From positions 320,001 to 384,000 of the forward strand of contig CBDBZY010000051.1 in NCBI GenBank assembly GCA_965213685.1: DNA of 64,000 bases, read 5' to 3'. This document shows, in pieces, positions 1-37,612 of this stretch. Each line of letters starts with the position of its first letter. Position 1 is the first letter of the stretch. Below the pieces are notes generated by a model that was not told where the DNA came from, did not search any database, and saw only the letters and a list, made by a program, of their open reading frames with translations. This DNA is from a bacterium (GTDB taxonomy: Bacteria; UBA8248). The position numbers were made by a program, and so were the translations under genes.

Positions 1-1001
1 TTGAAGGAATGATTCGGAACAAATCCACATTGACAGAGCTACGAGCTGCAATTGATAAGTCTCCTCCTCTTGCGGTTGCTCTAAGGGATTCAATGAGTCC
101 TGTAATAGCCCGACTTGCCCAAAGGTTTACTCAGATGAAGCTGAAGGAGGAGCCAGTTCTATGTGCCAATGCTGCGTCTGATGAAGAGATCGATCAATAC
201 TTTGAGCTAGTTCATTTTATCGAACCATCTCTTTCTCAAGACAATCTGACAGTTAAAGCTCTCGAATCATGCTCGTCACTTAAGAAGTTTCTGGATACAC
301 ACTGCAATTCAAGTCACTATGTGTTCCAAATTCGTAAATGTCTTGATCCATCATGCTATTATTGTGTGCAGCACCTAGTGAGAATGGATCTGGAGAAATT
401 CAAAGAGCTGTCATTGCTTCCACTGCCCCTCTTGGATACCACGAAGGAGCACTATCGCCCATTTGAAGAGCTCAATGGCAGTGAACCAACTGAGAAAGAT
501 CGTCCTTCTTTGCAGCAGTCAGGTGACCCAGAAGCTGTTGAAGCCGACACAAAGCACAAACTACTCTTTAACAGTAGCAAAGTTCGGGCTATTCTTAACT
601 GCCAAGAGTGTTTCAAGCCCAGATGTGTTTATTCTGCACGAAAACTCAGTCTAAATGAAAAAGTTCTCCTAGACGTAGTTGTGGAAGATAAAACATACAC
701 ATGTGGTGCTGCAGTGTTCCCTCCAAGTTCACCATTGGCTGACACAGTGGTAGTTCGACAGAACATTGGATGTCCTAATCCAATGGAGGCTCAATACTAC
801 AGTGCCACACTTGTTTCTTTTCCACCCGTTTGTTATTTTTGTGCTGTTGGTGAAGAATGTCTTGTTGAAGACGATAGCATTCGTGAACTAAGAAAGGAGC
901 ATGCTGTAGTACGTCCAATCTGCTTTCTCTGTAAGGCTGAGGGCAAAACTCCTTATGTTCAAATGCCGTCAAATGTCCGAAAGCGCCCTCGACTGAGCTA
1001 G
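1..1001 (+). CDS. C-terminal part of an intronless Cys-rich, probably transposase-related ORF (Zator-like); 5' end outside the window
   Basis: 330-aa ORF open from the window edge with several CxxC pairs (CQECFKPRC, CYFC, PICFLC). It is intronless and AT-richer than the host genes, and is followed by a T-run and a terminus ending in GGCC|TTA. The family assignment is from recalled similarity only. Confidence 0.55.
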   Translation, partial: EGMIRNKSTLTELRAAIDKSPPLAVALRDSMSPVIARLAQRFTQMKLKEEPVLCANAASDEEIDQYFELVHFIEPSLSQDNLTVKALESCSSLKKFLDTHCNSSHYVFQIRKCLDPSCYYCVQHLVRMDLEKFKELSLLPLPLLDTTKEHYRPFEELNGSEPTEKDRPSLQQSGDPEAVEADTKHKLLFNSSKVRAILNCQECFKPRCVYSARKLSLNEKVLLDVVVEDKTYTCGAAVFPPSSPLADTVVVRQNIGCPNPMEAQYYSATLVSFPPVCYFCAVGEECLVEDDSIRELRKEHAVVRPICFLCKAEGKTPYVQMPSNVRKRPRLS

Positions 1002-1195
1002 ACTCGTGTGCATTGATTCTAATGTTACTGTTGTATTTTTGTCATATCGTACCGTTCGTGTGTACATTTGTTTTTGTATTGATGAGGTCAAAGGTTGGAT
1101 TTAATTAAATTTTTTTTTTTTTTTTTTTACCGGCCTGCCTGGTCACTACTTTGAGTGAAAAAATCCGTGAAACAGATAATCAATTTGGTCTGGCC
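1..1195 (+). mobile_element. Right end of a putative Zator-like DNA transposon
   Basis: Terminal sequence ...GAAAAAATCCGTGAAACAGATAATCAATTTGGTCTGGCC|TTA (1195/1196) fits the GG..CC termini and 3-bp TWA TSD described for Zator. The left end is not in the window. Confidence 0.4.
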
Positions 1196-1540
1196 TTATT
1201 GTAGAAGACATCTCTGACAGAGCTGCAGGAAGAAGAACTCTCTGCACTTCTGGCAGATTTGAATGATTCTATTTCAGAGGAAGATATGATTGAACAACAC
1301 CTGGCAGCTCGAGGATACGTAGATGGGGGATTTTAGTCATTATCTTAATAATTACCTGCAAAAGAACTTTCTGACTATTATTTTATCACGTACATAATGG
1401 CCATGGCACAACGCAGCGGCCGCTCAATCAAACTCAGCGATCGAACTATGGGGTGTAATTAGTGTCAAAATTAGCTACTTTGTAACAGAGGGTATGCTTT
1501 GAAATAGGGGGTATATTTTGTGAGCAATAGTACATATATA

Positions 1541-2190
1541 TCTTGCAATAGGGGTATACCTCGCAATAGGGGGTATACCTTGTAATAGGGGGTATACCTC
1601 GCAATAGGGGGTATACCTCGCAATAGAGGTTATACCTTGTATTAGGGGGTATACCTCGCAATAGGGGGGTATACCTCGCAATAGGGGATATTCCTCACAA
1701 TAGGAGGTATACCTCGCAATAGGGGGTATACCTTGTAATAGGGGGTATACCTCGCAATAGGGGGGTATACCTCGCAATAGGGGGTATACTTTGTAATAGG
1801 GGGTATACCTTGCAATAGGGGGTATACCTTGTAATAGGGGGTATACCTCGCAATAGGTGGGTATACCTCGCAATAGGGGGTATACCTTGTAATAGGGGGT
1901 ATGCCTCGCAATAGGGGGTATACCTTGTAATAGGGGGTATACCTCGCAATAGGGGGTATACCTTGTAATAGGGGGTATACCTCGCAATAGGTGGGTATAC
2001 CTCGCAATAGGGGGTATACCTTGTAATAGGGGGTATGCCTCGCAATAGGGGGTATACCTTGTAATAGGGGGTATACCTCGCAATAGGGGGTATACCTTGT
2101 AATAGGGGGTATACCTCGCAATAGGGGGTATAGGTGTGTACCTCGCAATAGGGGGTATACATCGCAATAGGGATATACCTAGTAATAGGA
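1541..2190 (-). repeat. 19-bp minisatellite GGGGGTATACCT(C/T)G(C/T)AATA, left arm of the foldback element
   Basis: Period 19 (TATACC at 1555, 1574, 1593...), about 30 copies, often alternating CGC and TGT variants. Confidence 0.95.
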
Positions 2191-2653
2191 GGTATATTGA
2201 AATGGGTGATGCACTGTGTATAGTTGGCAATTGCACTATGTAATGGGGAGTACAATAGTCAATGGGTGTGCCTTGTAGTAGGGACCACTTGATTTCATTA
2301 GATAATTGCCATGTGACAAGCACATGGACAACCGTTGGCCCAACCGCCGTTGGATGGTCCCGCTACGCGAGGCTCTGTTTGTAGGAGGTTACTACAAGAC
2401 TGTGTATCGAAGTCACTGTGCGAGCTTTCTCCCCTAGGTCTTTGCAGCATTGATGCTGCTTCCAACAGCAAATTAGCCTTGGTGACAACTCGCTGGTGAA
2501 ATCACTTTCACGAGCCAGGCTCTCGCCAGCTGCTCATGCATGAGAATGGCTCGTGAAAGTGACTTGGCGTGCGAGCACTCAGCATGAACGTGCGGGGGTC
2601 AAAGTTCAAACATATTACGTTGGCCAAGAGCCTGTAAGTGCTTATGGGTTGCG

Positions 2654-2945
2654 CATACCCCCTATTGCGAAGTATACCCCCTATTGCAAGGTATACCCCT
2701 TATTGAGACATATACCCCCTATTGCGAGGTATACCCCCTATTACAAGGTATACCCCCTATTGCAAGGTATACCCCCTATTACAAGGTGTACCACCTATTG
2801 CGAGGTATACCCCCTATTGTGATGTATACCCCCTATTATATACAATGTGTACCCCCTATTGCGAGGTATACCCCCTATTACAAGGTACACCCCCTATTGC
2901 GAGGTATACCCCCTATTGCAAGGTATACCCCCTATTGCAAGATAT
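2654..2945 (+). repeat. Same 19-bp minisatellite in inverted orientation, right arm of the foldback element
   Basis: TATACCCCCTATTGCGAGG units, the reverse complement of the left array. Confidence 0.95.
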
Positions 2946-3529
2946 ATAGATGCTATTGCTCACAACATATACCCCCTCAACCAATAAAGTGTACCCCTAT
3001 TACAAAGTAGCTAATTTTGACACTAATTACACCCCATATCGAACACGTGCATCTCGTACCTGTGCAATGCAGCTAGCTGCTGAGCCGTGTGATGGCTGAA
3101 AACGGAAGCAGAGATGGCGGCCACTCGCAGTTGTCTCCAAGAAAAATAGAATAATGTATATACGGACGCGTATGAAGTAGAAACAAACGGCTATTGTAAA
3201 TATCTGACTGTCATGCACTCAATACCAGATACGAGGAGCCTAGCGTTCGAGTGTTTCTTCACGTACGCACACGTGTCAGCTTCGGCTTTACAGTATGAAT
3301 ACAGTTCTAGAATCTAAATTTGAGGCGCGCCCATTACGCGTAAATTTGACCCGCTAATTAATTGCAATGCATGACAAGGCTAACAGCTCCACGAAAAATG
3401 AATAAAGGACACAACACACTGCGTAATTATAGCACACTGTAGATCATTTCTTGTCAGTACATGACATACATGAGGAGATTAAAAGTTCAGCTAAATCTAC
3501 ATTGTTCAGCCTGCAGTATGCATAAATGG

Positions 3530-6728
<3,199 letters not shown>

Positions 6729-6937
6729 CCTGGCGAGATGGCCCGGATAGTCTACCATACAACGCTACCTCCTCCGCACGTACAGTAGCAGCTAGGTCGC
6801 GCTACTTTAGCTTAAAAGCAGCTTAAAATGTTAGACTAAACTTCATACATGAAAACGGTTTTATGGGGTTGTTCTGCACATTTGTTACATCATTATTCTA
6901 TAGACCTTACCATTAATTTACTTCGTACAGACACGCG

Positions 6938-7030
6938 CACCACAGTAACGCATGGTATTAGAGCACAGTGTACTGACACAGTAACGCATGGTATTAGAGC
7001 ACAGTGTACTGACACAGTAACGCATGGTAA
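6938..7030 (+). repeat. 36-bp tandem repeat, about 2.5 copies
   Basis: CACAGTAACGCATGGTATTAGAGCACAGTGTACTGA repeated. Confidence 0.85.
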
Positions 7031-7536
7031 TCAAAAGTAATACAAGGCTTGGTTTTACACGGAGGTGCATGGTATAAACTTAGACGGAAGATGCCCATTT
7101 CTCACTATGCTCGAGCTCAGAAATCTGATTTTGTTTATGCCCAAAATAGTAAGTGTTATATTTTAAATCCTAATGTGCACTTTCAGATGATAGTTTGAAA
7201 GCTATTGTGTGCTTTCAGATAAGCCATATCTCTTTCACAGTCACAGCCATGAATGGAGTGTTGAGTCTAGTGGTCCTCTAGTGCTACATTAATCGTTCGT
7301 GACCTGCTCTGAGTTTGTTGCATGAAAACATTCCATCTGCACTCTACAGTTATACTCACACTGTCACATGATACTATCATAGGTAAAGTGGGACCATCCA
7401 CTACCAGCAATAATTATTATCATGCAATGCTGTGTGATATCGCTTATTAATTACAGTATCATGCAGTAATATAGCCCATGCATACATTACTACTGTGGTT
7501 TTGTGTACTACCGTGTAATACATACCATGGACTTTT

Positions 7537-8075
7537 GTGTTGTACCATGCAACACCATGGCCATACATTAGGGTGTTGTACCATGCAGCACCATGGCCAT
7601 ACATTAGGGTGTTGTACCATGCAACACCATGGCCATACATTAGGGTGTTGTACCATGCAACACCATGGCCATACATTAGGGTGTTGTACCATGCAGCACC
7701 ATGGCCATACATTAGTGTGTTGTACCATGGCCATACATTAGGGTGTTGTATCATGCAACACCATGGCCATACATTAGGGTGTTGTATCATGCAGCACCAT
7801 GGCCATACATTAGGGTGTTGTATCATGCAGCACCATGGCCATACATTAGGGTGTTGTATCATGCAACACCATGGCCATACATTAGGGTGTTGTACCATGC
7901 AGCACCATGGCCATGCATTAGGGTGTTGTACCATGCAGCACCATGGCCATGCATTAGTGTGTAGTACCATGCATTAGGGTGTTGTACCATGCATTAGCCT
8001 GTGTGTGTAGTACCATGCATGCATTAGCCTGTGCGTGTAGTACCATGCATTAGGGTATTGCATACCATGCATTAG
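7537..8075 (+). repeat. 36-bp minisatellite GTTGTAYCATGCARCACCATGGCCATACATTAGGGT, about 12 copies decaying 3'
   Basis: Direct tandem copies with no spacers; source of the WPWCCMVQHPNV pseudo-ORFs. Confidence 0.95.
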
Positions 8076-8892
8076 TAGCCTGCAGTAGTGTGTAGTAGTT
8101 TGAGAGCCGCCCATGCAAGTAATGCAGTAAGAGCCGCATGAATCGCGTCGCTACACGCTTAGTGGTGAATGTGACTACACGCGCGCTACGTAGCCTCTGT
8201 TTAGTAAAAGCTCAAGCCGTCGAGGGCCACTAGCCATAGCTCTAGGTACGGTACATGCTAGCACCGGTACAGCGCACTAGTAATTAGCGTATAGCATAGC
8301 TCAGCGCGGCGCGGCGCACAAACACGTGAGTATGCGGCGGGCGCGACGGCTAGCCGGCTGTGATCTGTGCGTACCGGCACCAAGAGTTTCATGACCATTG
8401 GTGTTATGGTTATCAGATTTTCGTTTGCTTTACTTTCTCTTTGCCTTATTTTACTACCTTTGTTTGCTCTTCTTATCATGTTTTTATATCATCATTCTTT
8501 GTTTTTCTCTAACATTTTGCCTTACGGGTCTTTTTAAATGTGAGATGAGATATTAGCAAACACAATACTGTAATTCTCCTTCAAGATGAAGATTTTTTCA
8601 TACTAAAAAAATCTCACCATTTTTTAACCCTTTTTACTCAGATGTGAAGTGAAGTGTATGGTGAAAGTGAAACCCAAATTTTCAAATGTACAGTTTTAAT
8701 ACTGAGTAACCTGAACAACCCTATATACATTGTACTAGCATACCATGTGACATAACATTGACTTATTTACAACAAATTATAGACAATACAGGTATATATA
8801 CTTTATTGCATCATTTATTGTCAGTTATATGCATGACATACAAGAAGAAATTAAAGTTCAAGTTTTGTTCAGCCTGCGGTATGCAGAAATGG

Positions 8893-13142
<4,250 letters not shown>

Positions 13143-13619
13143 CCTGGCGAGATGGCCCCACAATGCTACCTCCTCCGCACGCACGTTCATGCAGGCCGGC
13201 CGGCCGGAAGCACGTAGCCCCACCCATTTTCCGATTCTGGAGCGGAAGGTGGACGCGGCAGTCTCCACCGGTCACCTTAGCCGCTTCGCAATCCCTCATA
13301 TCATTCTAGAGGCAGGAGCTGAAGACAGAGTGAATGTGTTATTTATGAGTGTCCATTTTACTACATAAAAATCTCATAGTGTACAAGACAAACTGTAGCA
13401 TTTCTTACCACACATCACAGGTATGCTTATGAGCGGCGAAGCCGCGAATGGTACTATGGTGTCTTCTACAGATGATAATTATTATGCGGACTATATAGTT
13501 AATGTACTTTGTTTCTGGCTATGTTTCAAGTTCTGCTCAAAAAAGTGTTCTTCATTGTTCACTGAGTGGACACGCACAGCTATGAGCCTCAGTCCACTCT
13601 ATTACATATGCACTGTTTT

Positions 13620-13823
13620 TCAGCCTGCGGTATGCAGAAATGGTCACTCCTCCTCTCCCTCCCTCTGCCCTCGCTGGTGGAGAAACTCAAGGTGCAGCTG
13701 CAATGCCTCTCAGTACTGACATGTTGGAATTTGATTCCAAACTCCTCACAGGTCCGCCTGACAATGGGCGTGATGAGGGGGTAGTGGGACTGAATGACGC
13801 CAGGGAAGAGATGGTGGGCCAAT
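13620..13823 (-). pseudogene. Isolated last-exon fragment of a third desaturase copy
   Basis: AHHLFPGVIQSHYP...EFGIKFQHVST plus matching 3'UTR. A 4-bp deletion relative to copy 2 (CTCTCAGTAC vs CTCTCTGGCAGTAC) shifts the frame. No upstream exons. Confidence 0.85.
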
Positions 13824-13991
13824 AGATACATGCATATGTTGCATGTCATTAATTTTGTATACTTTTTGCCGCTACTGCCCTGCCCGCTACGCTACATGTA
13901 TGTTCTGGCATCTTCGATTACACAGAGGCGCTAGGCCCGGAGCGGAAGGTGGACGCGGCAAGAGTCGTGGGCGTAGCCTCTGCAAAGGCTA

Positions 13992-15866
13992 ATGGCAGCC
14001 GCTTCGATGGAGGAGGATCGGATGGCCCTCGCTCAGGCCAGACTAGCCATGGAGGAGAAGGAAGCACTGGAAGCCATCAAGGGAGACCTTTGCCAGTGGT
14101 TGAGCAAGCCTGACGTGATGGCGCTGGATATTTCCCCCGCCTCCTTCCTCCACGCGCTGGACTCTGGCGTGGTGCTCTGTAGACTGGCAACGCTCGTCCA
14201 GGAGGGGGCAAAGGTATGCCAGGCGAGCGGGAAGAAGCTGCCTGTTCTTGTCCCCATGGGGCCTCTCAACTACAAGGCCATAAAGGCGACTAGGAGCTCG
14301 GCCATGTTCCAGGCCTGCGCTCGAGACAACGCCGCGCAGTTCATCGAGTGGTGCCGCAGGTTACGAGTGGAGGAGGCAGTTATCTTCGAGTCGGTGGGAC
14401 TAGTGGAGCACAGGGATGAGAAGCGGGTGATCCTTTGTCTGTTGGACGTGGCTCGGTTTGCAGAGAAGGTAGGCATCACGCCACCGCAGCTGGTGAGGCT
14501 GGAGAAGGAGATTGATATGTTAGAGGCACAGTCTGTGAGCTCAGATGAAGAGACAGCTGTGCTGGAGGAAGTGGTGGTGCAGGAGCGAGAGGAGAGGGTG
14601 GGAGGAATGGAAGAAGAAACAGAGACAGAGGAAGTGGAGGAGAGAGAGGAAGAGGAGAAGGAGGAGGAGAAAAAGGAGGAGGAGGAGGAGGATGAGGAGA
14701 AGAAGGAGCAAGAAGAGGAGGAAGAGGAAGAGGAAGAGGAGAAGGAGGGACCAACACCAGCCAAAAGACAGAAGCAGGACGACCCAGGGACAGCTCCATG
14801 TAGCCAGCCAGAGAGGCTGAACAGGAGCAAGCCAACGCATCAAGAAAGACAACCCAAACAACTCCAACCTTTGACCCCAAAGAAGGAAGAAACTGTTGAT
14901 GAAAAGGTACGTGTGACCTCTGACCTCTGCTAACCTGTTTAGGCTCCCTCCTACACCCACCCCTCCCCTGCTCCACACACACCCACCCCTTCCCTCCCCT
15001 GCTCCACACACACTCACCCCTCCCCTGCTCCACACACTCACTCCTCCCCTGCTCCACACACACCCACCCCTCCCCTGCTCCACACCCACTCAGGTGATGC
15101 GCTCACTACGTCAGTGTACGTGCCCGCACAGCATTCTGGTCAGAGGCTGTGGCAAGGGCAAGTTCATTGTGCGGCCCAACCCTCAGCTGGAGAGGAAGAT
15201 CACCCTCTACGCCAGGGTGAGCAGGAGAGGGAGGGATGGATGGCTGGTGGGCTGGGAGTGGTATGCAGTGGTCGGTGTGGTGTGGGCACTGGGCAGGAGT
15301 GGTATGCAGTGGTCTTTGGGCTGGTGGTGTGGGCACTGGGCAGGAGTGGTATGCAGTGGTCACACAGTGCTGCTGTACCTACTTACTTGACCAATTTGTA
15401 GAGGGGCCCCTCCACTCAGAGTGTTAATCAAAATCTATTTGTTGGGGCGAGCCTGAGCGAGTCCCACACTAGTGGTACCGTGCTATGCAGTATATGATAG
15501 TGTGTGTACATAATGTGTGTGCATATGTGTGTAGATGCTGTCTGATCGAGTGATGGTGAGGGTTGGCGGAGGGTGGGACACTCTGGAGCACTTCCTTCTC
15601 AAGCACGACCCCTGCCGACTGTGCAACTTGTCAGGTATGGCACATGTAGGGAGCACTTCTGTGTGATGTGTGGCATAGATTTTCCATGCAGTGTACTAGC
15701 TTAAATAATTATGTAGTATACATTTCTGTACGTATTGTTGATGCTTCTCTCTCCCCCTCCTACCCCTCCCACTGTTGAATTGAATTTGCATGCAGTCGTT
15801 AGACCTCTGACCTCAGACTCAGTCAAGGCTGGTCCATCTCTGGGAAAGCGTAGGAGAGAAGATTAG
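13992..15866 (+). CDS. GAS2-like protein (CH domain, acidic linker, GAR domain)
   Basis: CH domain ([41 protein letters not shown]). GAR domain [22 protein letters not shown]. Exons approximately 13992-14906, 15094-15216, 15536-15634 and 15796-15866. Confidence 0.9.
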
Positions 15867-16124
15867 TGCTCCCCACCCACTGCCCAGGATGGAGAGGCAT
15901 GTATTGTATCCCACACCTCCGACTTCACATGGCACATTTTAGTGTTTAACATTATATTTTTATTGTTGGTGTTACGGTTATGCAATCACTGCCACTGACT
16001 GGCAGATTCAGTATTTATTTTTTATAGTCTCGCTCTCTTGAACGTTTATGTGTATATGAGCACATTTCACGCGCAGGATTTCAATTTAAATGCGCAGTGG
16101 GCGGGGCTACACGTGTTGTACATC

Positions 16125-16815
16125 ATGGTGAGGTTCAAGAACAGGTACGAAATTCGTCTGCATGGGTGGTTTCGCTAGGCCAGCTCCTTCCACAGGTACC
16201 TGCTGGTGGAGTTCCACTTTGACTCTCCCTCTGAAGCCGCCAGTGCCCTCCGCTCAGTGACGGCTAGGTCCCTGCTGGCCTGCGTGAAGGATGCCGTGAC
16301 AGCGCTGCATGGAGATTATGGCTTGGCCTGCGTACAAAGCTCACTGAATGGTAAGCCAGTGCAGAGAGAGAGAGAGAGTGACTGGACCACGTTTATAGTA
16401 TATTGTATATACGCGCAGTCTGCCTTTCGAAATACTGTGGAAGTTCTATCCATTATGCAGTGAAGTATCTCAACGTCACGACCAGAGTGGCCATTATCCG
16501 GTGCCCACAGACCCACCACAAGGCTGTCTGGGCTGCCGTCTCCAGCATCACCAGCATCCGGAAGACCCCTTGCTCCCTGACACTGCTCCACCTGGGAGGT
16601 TGGTCACACAGGGGCTGGGGGTCAAGGGTCAGAGTAAATCTGTGTTGATGACCTCCATAGGGACCATCCGCTCCTGCCAGCGGCACCTGGTGGGCCACAA
16701 CCAGAGGCAGCTGAGGAGAATGGTGGCAGAGGCAGCCACGCCCCTTGCACAGAGGGAGCTCCAGACCAGAATGGAACGGATACTTGGTACTGACTCAGTT
16801 CCCATTCCAGTCTGA
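16125..16815 (+). CDS. POP5: Ribonuclease P/MRP protein subunit POP5
   Basis: Spliced MVRFKNR|YLL...LHGDYG...SL|VKYLN...IIRC...LHLG|GTIRSCQ, the typical POP5 motifs; 4 exons with GT-AG introns. Confidence 0.93.
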
Positions 16816-17415
16816 ATGCACACCCTCCCTCCCCACCTGCTAGTCATGGTGACGAGGTGAACACACAGCTGTTGATACTGTTGTTCAGCTGTCTACATAC
16901 TACACAGTATTAGCTGCAATCACATTTCAGACTCCCTCTCTGCAGCCACCATCATGCATTAATGTGCAGTCAAAAGGTCATCAAGCCATCATAAGCATGG
17001 GAGCAGGGAGGGAGAGGGGCATGATTTGTGAACACACCAAATGCAGACAGGAAGGAGGGGCTAAAGGTTTGGTGAGACTACAATAAGCATTACCTACAGT
17101 GGGAAGAGACGGTCTTCACTACTAGTACTCATCTCACTATTGTTATACTTAAAAACAAATCAAGACGGTGTATACACTGACAGACATTAATACAATATGT
17201 TCCATAATATAAAAAAATAATATCCCATGTACAAACACAATGATATAGAGTGCTGTATAAAAAAAGACTCTCAAAAACAGACAATATGAAGAATGACACG
17301 TAGACAGTCACAAGTGCTAAAAACAGACGATGTCATGGTACAGGTAGGTTGGGTCTGGTTTGGGTGCAGGACAGATATCACATGGAGTGGGGGCACACCA
17401 AGTGGGCGTGGCCAA

Positions 17416-21928
<4,513 letters not shown>

Positions 21929-22062
21929 TTTGCACGCCTAGAGCACTCAGTTGTTACTGGTAGGGTGGGAGAAAACACAAGGGCCCTCAAATTGATGGTA
22001 AATATATTCACGACCTAGATAACGGCGCGGGACGCAATCTCTCTGCACGTGTCTGTACGGTG
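21929..22062. promoter_or_regulatory. Probable bidirectional promoter (PH gene / C11orf54)
   Basis: Divergent start codons only 134 bp apart. Confidence 0.55.
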
Positions 22063-35802
<13,740 letters not shown>

Positions 35803-36134
35803 TAGGTCTCTCTGTGTACACTAGTGTACAGCTGTATAAATTATATGGCATAGCTTGTTCACTGCGTCCATCAGGTTACATTGTTAAATGCGCATGCGCG
35901 GTAAAGGAGGGTGGGACAATATTTAGTTGCCCCGCCCTACTTTACATCGTGACCTTTGACCCGATGCTGCAGTTGGCGGATGGGATACCCAGATGTTCCC
36001 TGACCGTATTCTGGGTAGCCAGTTGTAGATAGGTGTTTTGACGCTGTGGTACAGCTAAACACTCTCCCAATGTGAGTCGGGCTGTTGTAGCTTGTAGTAC
36101 CCACAGCGTGTGGATCCTTAATCCAACTTCGTAG

Positions 36135-37612
36135 GGCTGTTCGACTAGCGTTCCAGACCTTCTCCTCTGCCTCTGGCGCCGCGCGCACACCAGTGACAGT
36201 ACTTCATGGGATGCTGGGCTCCTCCCGCAACTGGGGCTCCATCGGCCCGCGCATGGCTTTACGGCTGAAAAGAAAGGCGAGAATCCATCCCTGCCTCCTC
36301 TTCCTCCCTTCCTCCCTTCCTCCCTTCCTGCCTCCTCCCTCCTGCCTCCTGCCTCCTGCCTGCCTTCCTTTCTTTGTGTCTCATTCCTTTACCTCATTCC
36401 TCTGAGGAAGTGTTGTGCAGGAAAAGGGGGCGGGGCTGAGTAGGCGTTCCCTCCCCTCAGCCCCTCCCCGCTCGCTGTCTCCCTCCTCCCCTTCTCTCCC
36501 TCTTTTATCCTGTCCCCCCCCCCCCCCCCCCCTCTCTCTCTCTTTCTCCTCTTTTCTCCTCCCTCCAGGTGTATGTCCTTGATGCCAGGAATCACGGTGA
36601 GAGTCCCCACGTCCCGGACACCACCTACAGCCTCATGGCCAACGACACCGTTCACTTCATGAAGCAAGAAGAAATGACAAAGACTATTCTGATTGGCCAC
36701 AGCATGGGTGGCCGGACGGCCATGCTCACGGCTCTTAGGCACCCAGAGCTGGTGGAGAAGCTGATTGTATTGGATGTCTCTCCAGAGAACACACCAGGGA
36801 GGGGGAGTACGGTGACCGAACTTCTGAAGCACCTGAGGGAGCTGGACATAGGCAGTATTCAGAACAGGAGGCAGGCAGACCACATCCTGAGAGAAAAAAT
36901 CACCGTGAGTCTGTGGACACTCTGTTAACCAAGAAGTAGTCCCTCCCTGTCCTCTCCTCTCCTGTCTTTCTCTTCTTCCACTCTCTCTCCTCCACTCCTC
37001 TCTCCTCCCCTCCCCTCTTCTCCCCTCCCCTCCCCTCCCCTCCCCTCCCCTCCCCTCCCCTCCCCTCCCCTCCCCTCCCCTCCCCTCCCCTCCCCTCCTC
37101 TCCCCTCCCCTCCCCTCCCCTCCCCTCTCCCCCTCATCCCATACCTCTCCCTCAGGAAGACTCGACAAGAGACTTTCTTCTCACTAATCTTGCGGTGGAC
37201 CAGGCAACAGGTGGCCTGAGGTGGAAGGTCAACTTGGACGCTGTGGACAAAGCCCTCCCCCAGCTCGTTACATTTCCAGAAGTGGGTGGAGCTACCTACT
37301 TAGGCCCCACCCTCTTCCTGGGTGGGGAACAGTCGGAAATGATCAGGTAACAGAGGGAGGAAGGGAGGAAGGGAGGGAAGGGACAGAGGAAGAGAGGAAG
37401 GGAGGGAGAGAGGGATGGAGGGAGGGGGGGCTGAAGGTATATCAGGTTTTAGCTATGGTCTCTGTTCCATCCTTCATTGCAGTTCTGATATGACTTCAGA
37501 GCTGTTTCCCAATGCTATGGTGAAGCACATTGCAGGAGCGGGCCACCTGCTGCATGTTGAGAGGCCAAATGATGTCATAGAAGCTATCAACGCTTTCATC
37601 TCATCTCAGTAG
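36135..37612 (+). CDS. ABHD11: Alpha/beta hydrolase ABHD11-like (first exon unresolved)
   Basis: LHGMLGSSRNW, DARNHGESPH, GHSMGG nucleophile elbow, and GHLLHVERP catalytic His. Exons approximately 36135-36276 (GC donor), 36569-36904, 37156-37346 and 37482-37612. Confidence 0.88.

Larger units (their letters stand above)
1447..3038. mobile_element. Non-autonomous foldback-type DNA transposon, IS3EU-like
   Basis: TIR TATGGGGTGTAATTAGTGTCAAAATTAGCTACTTTGTAA at 1447 and its exact reverse complement ending at 3038. 6-bp TSD TCGAAC (1441-1446 and 3039-3044). Subterminal 19-bp tandem arrays in opposite orientation. TAY..RTA termini with a 6-bp TSD are the IS3EU signature. Confidence 0.85.

Noticed and set aside
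1446-3010. YTPYCEVYPLL-repeat ORFs on both strands
   Set aside because: Products of the 19-bp TIR arrays; the period is not a multiple of 3 and all frames are similarly open.
7401-7977. 36-bp repeats of CRISPR-like length, and Cys/Trp/His-rich ORFs
   Set aside because: Head-to-tail units with no unique spacers, no cas genes, and a eukaryotic context.
15438-15485. TTGGGGCGAGCCTGAGCGAGTCCCACAC, a possible Helitron/Helentron-like end
   Set aside because: Too short, and no partner end is identifiable.
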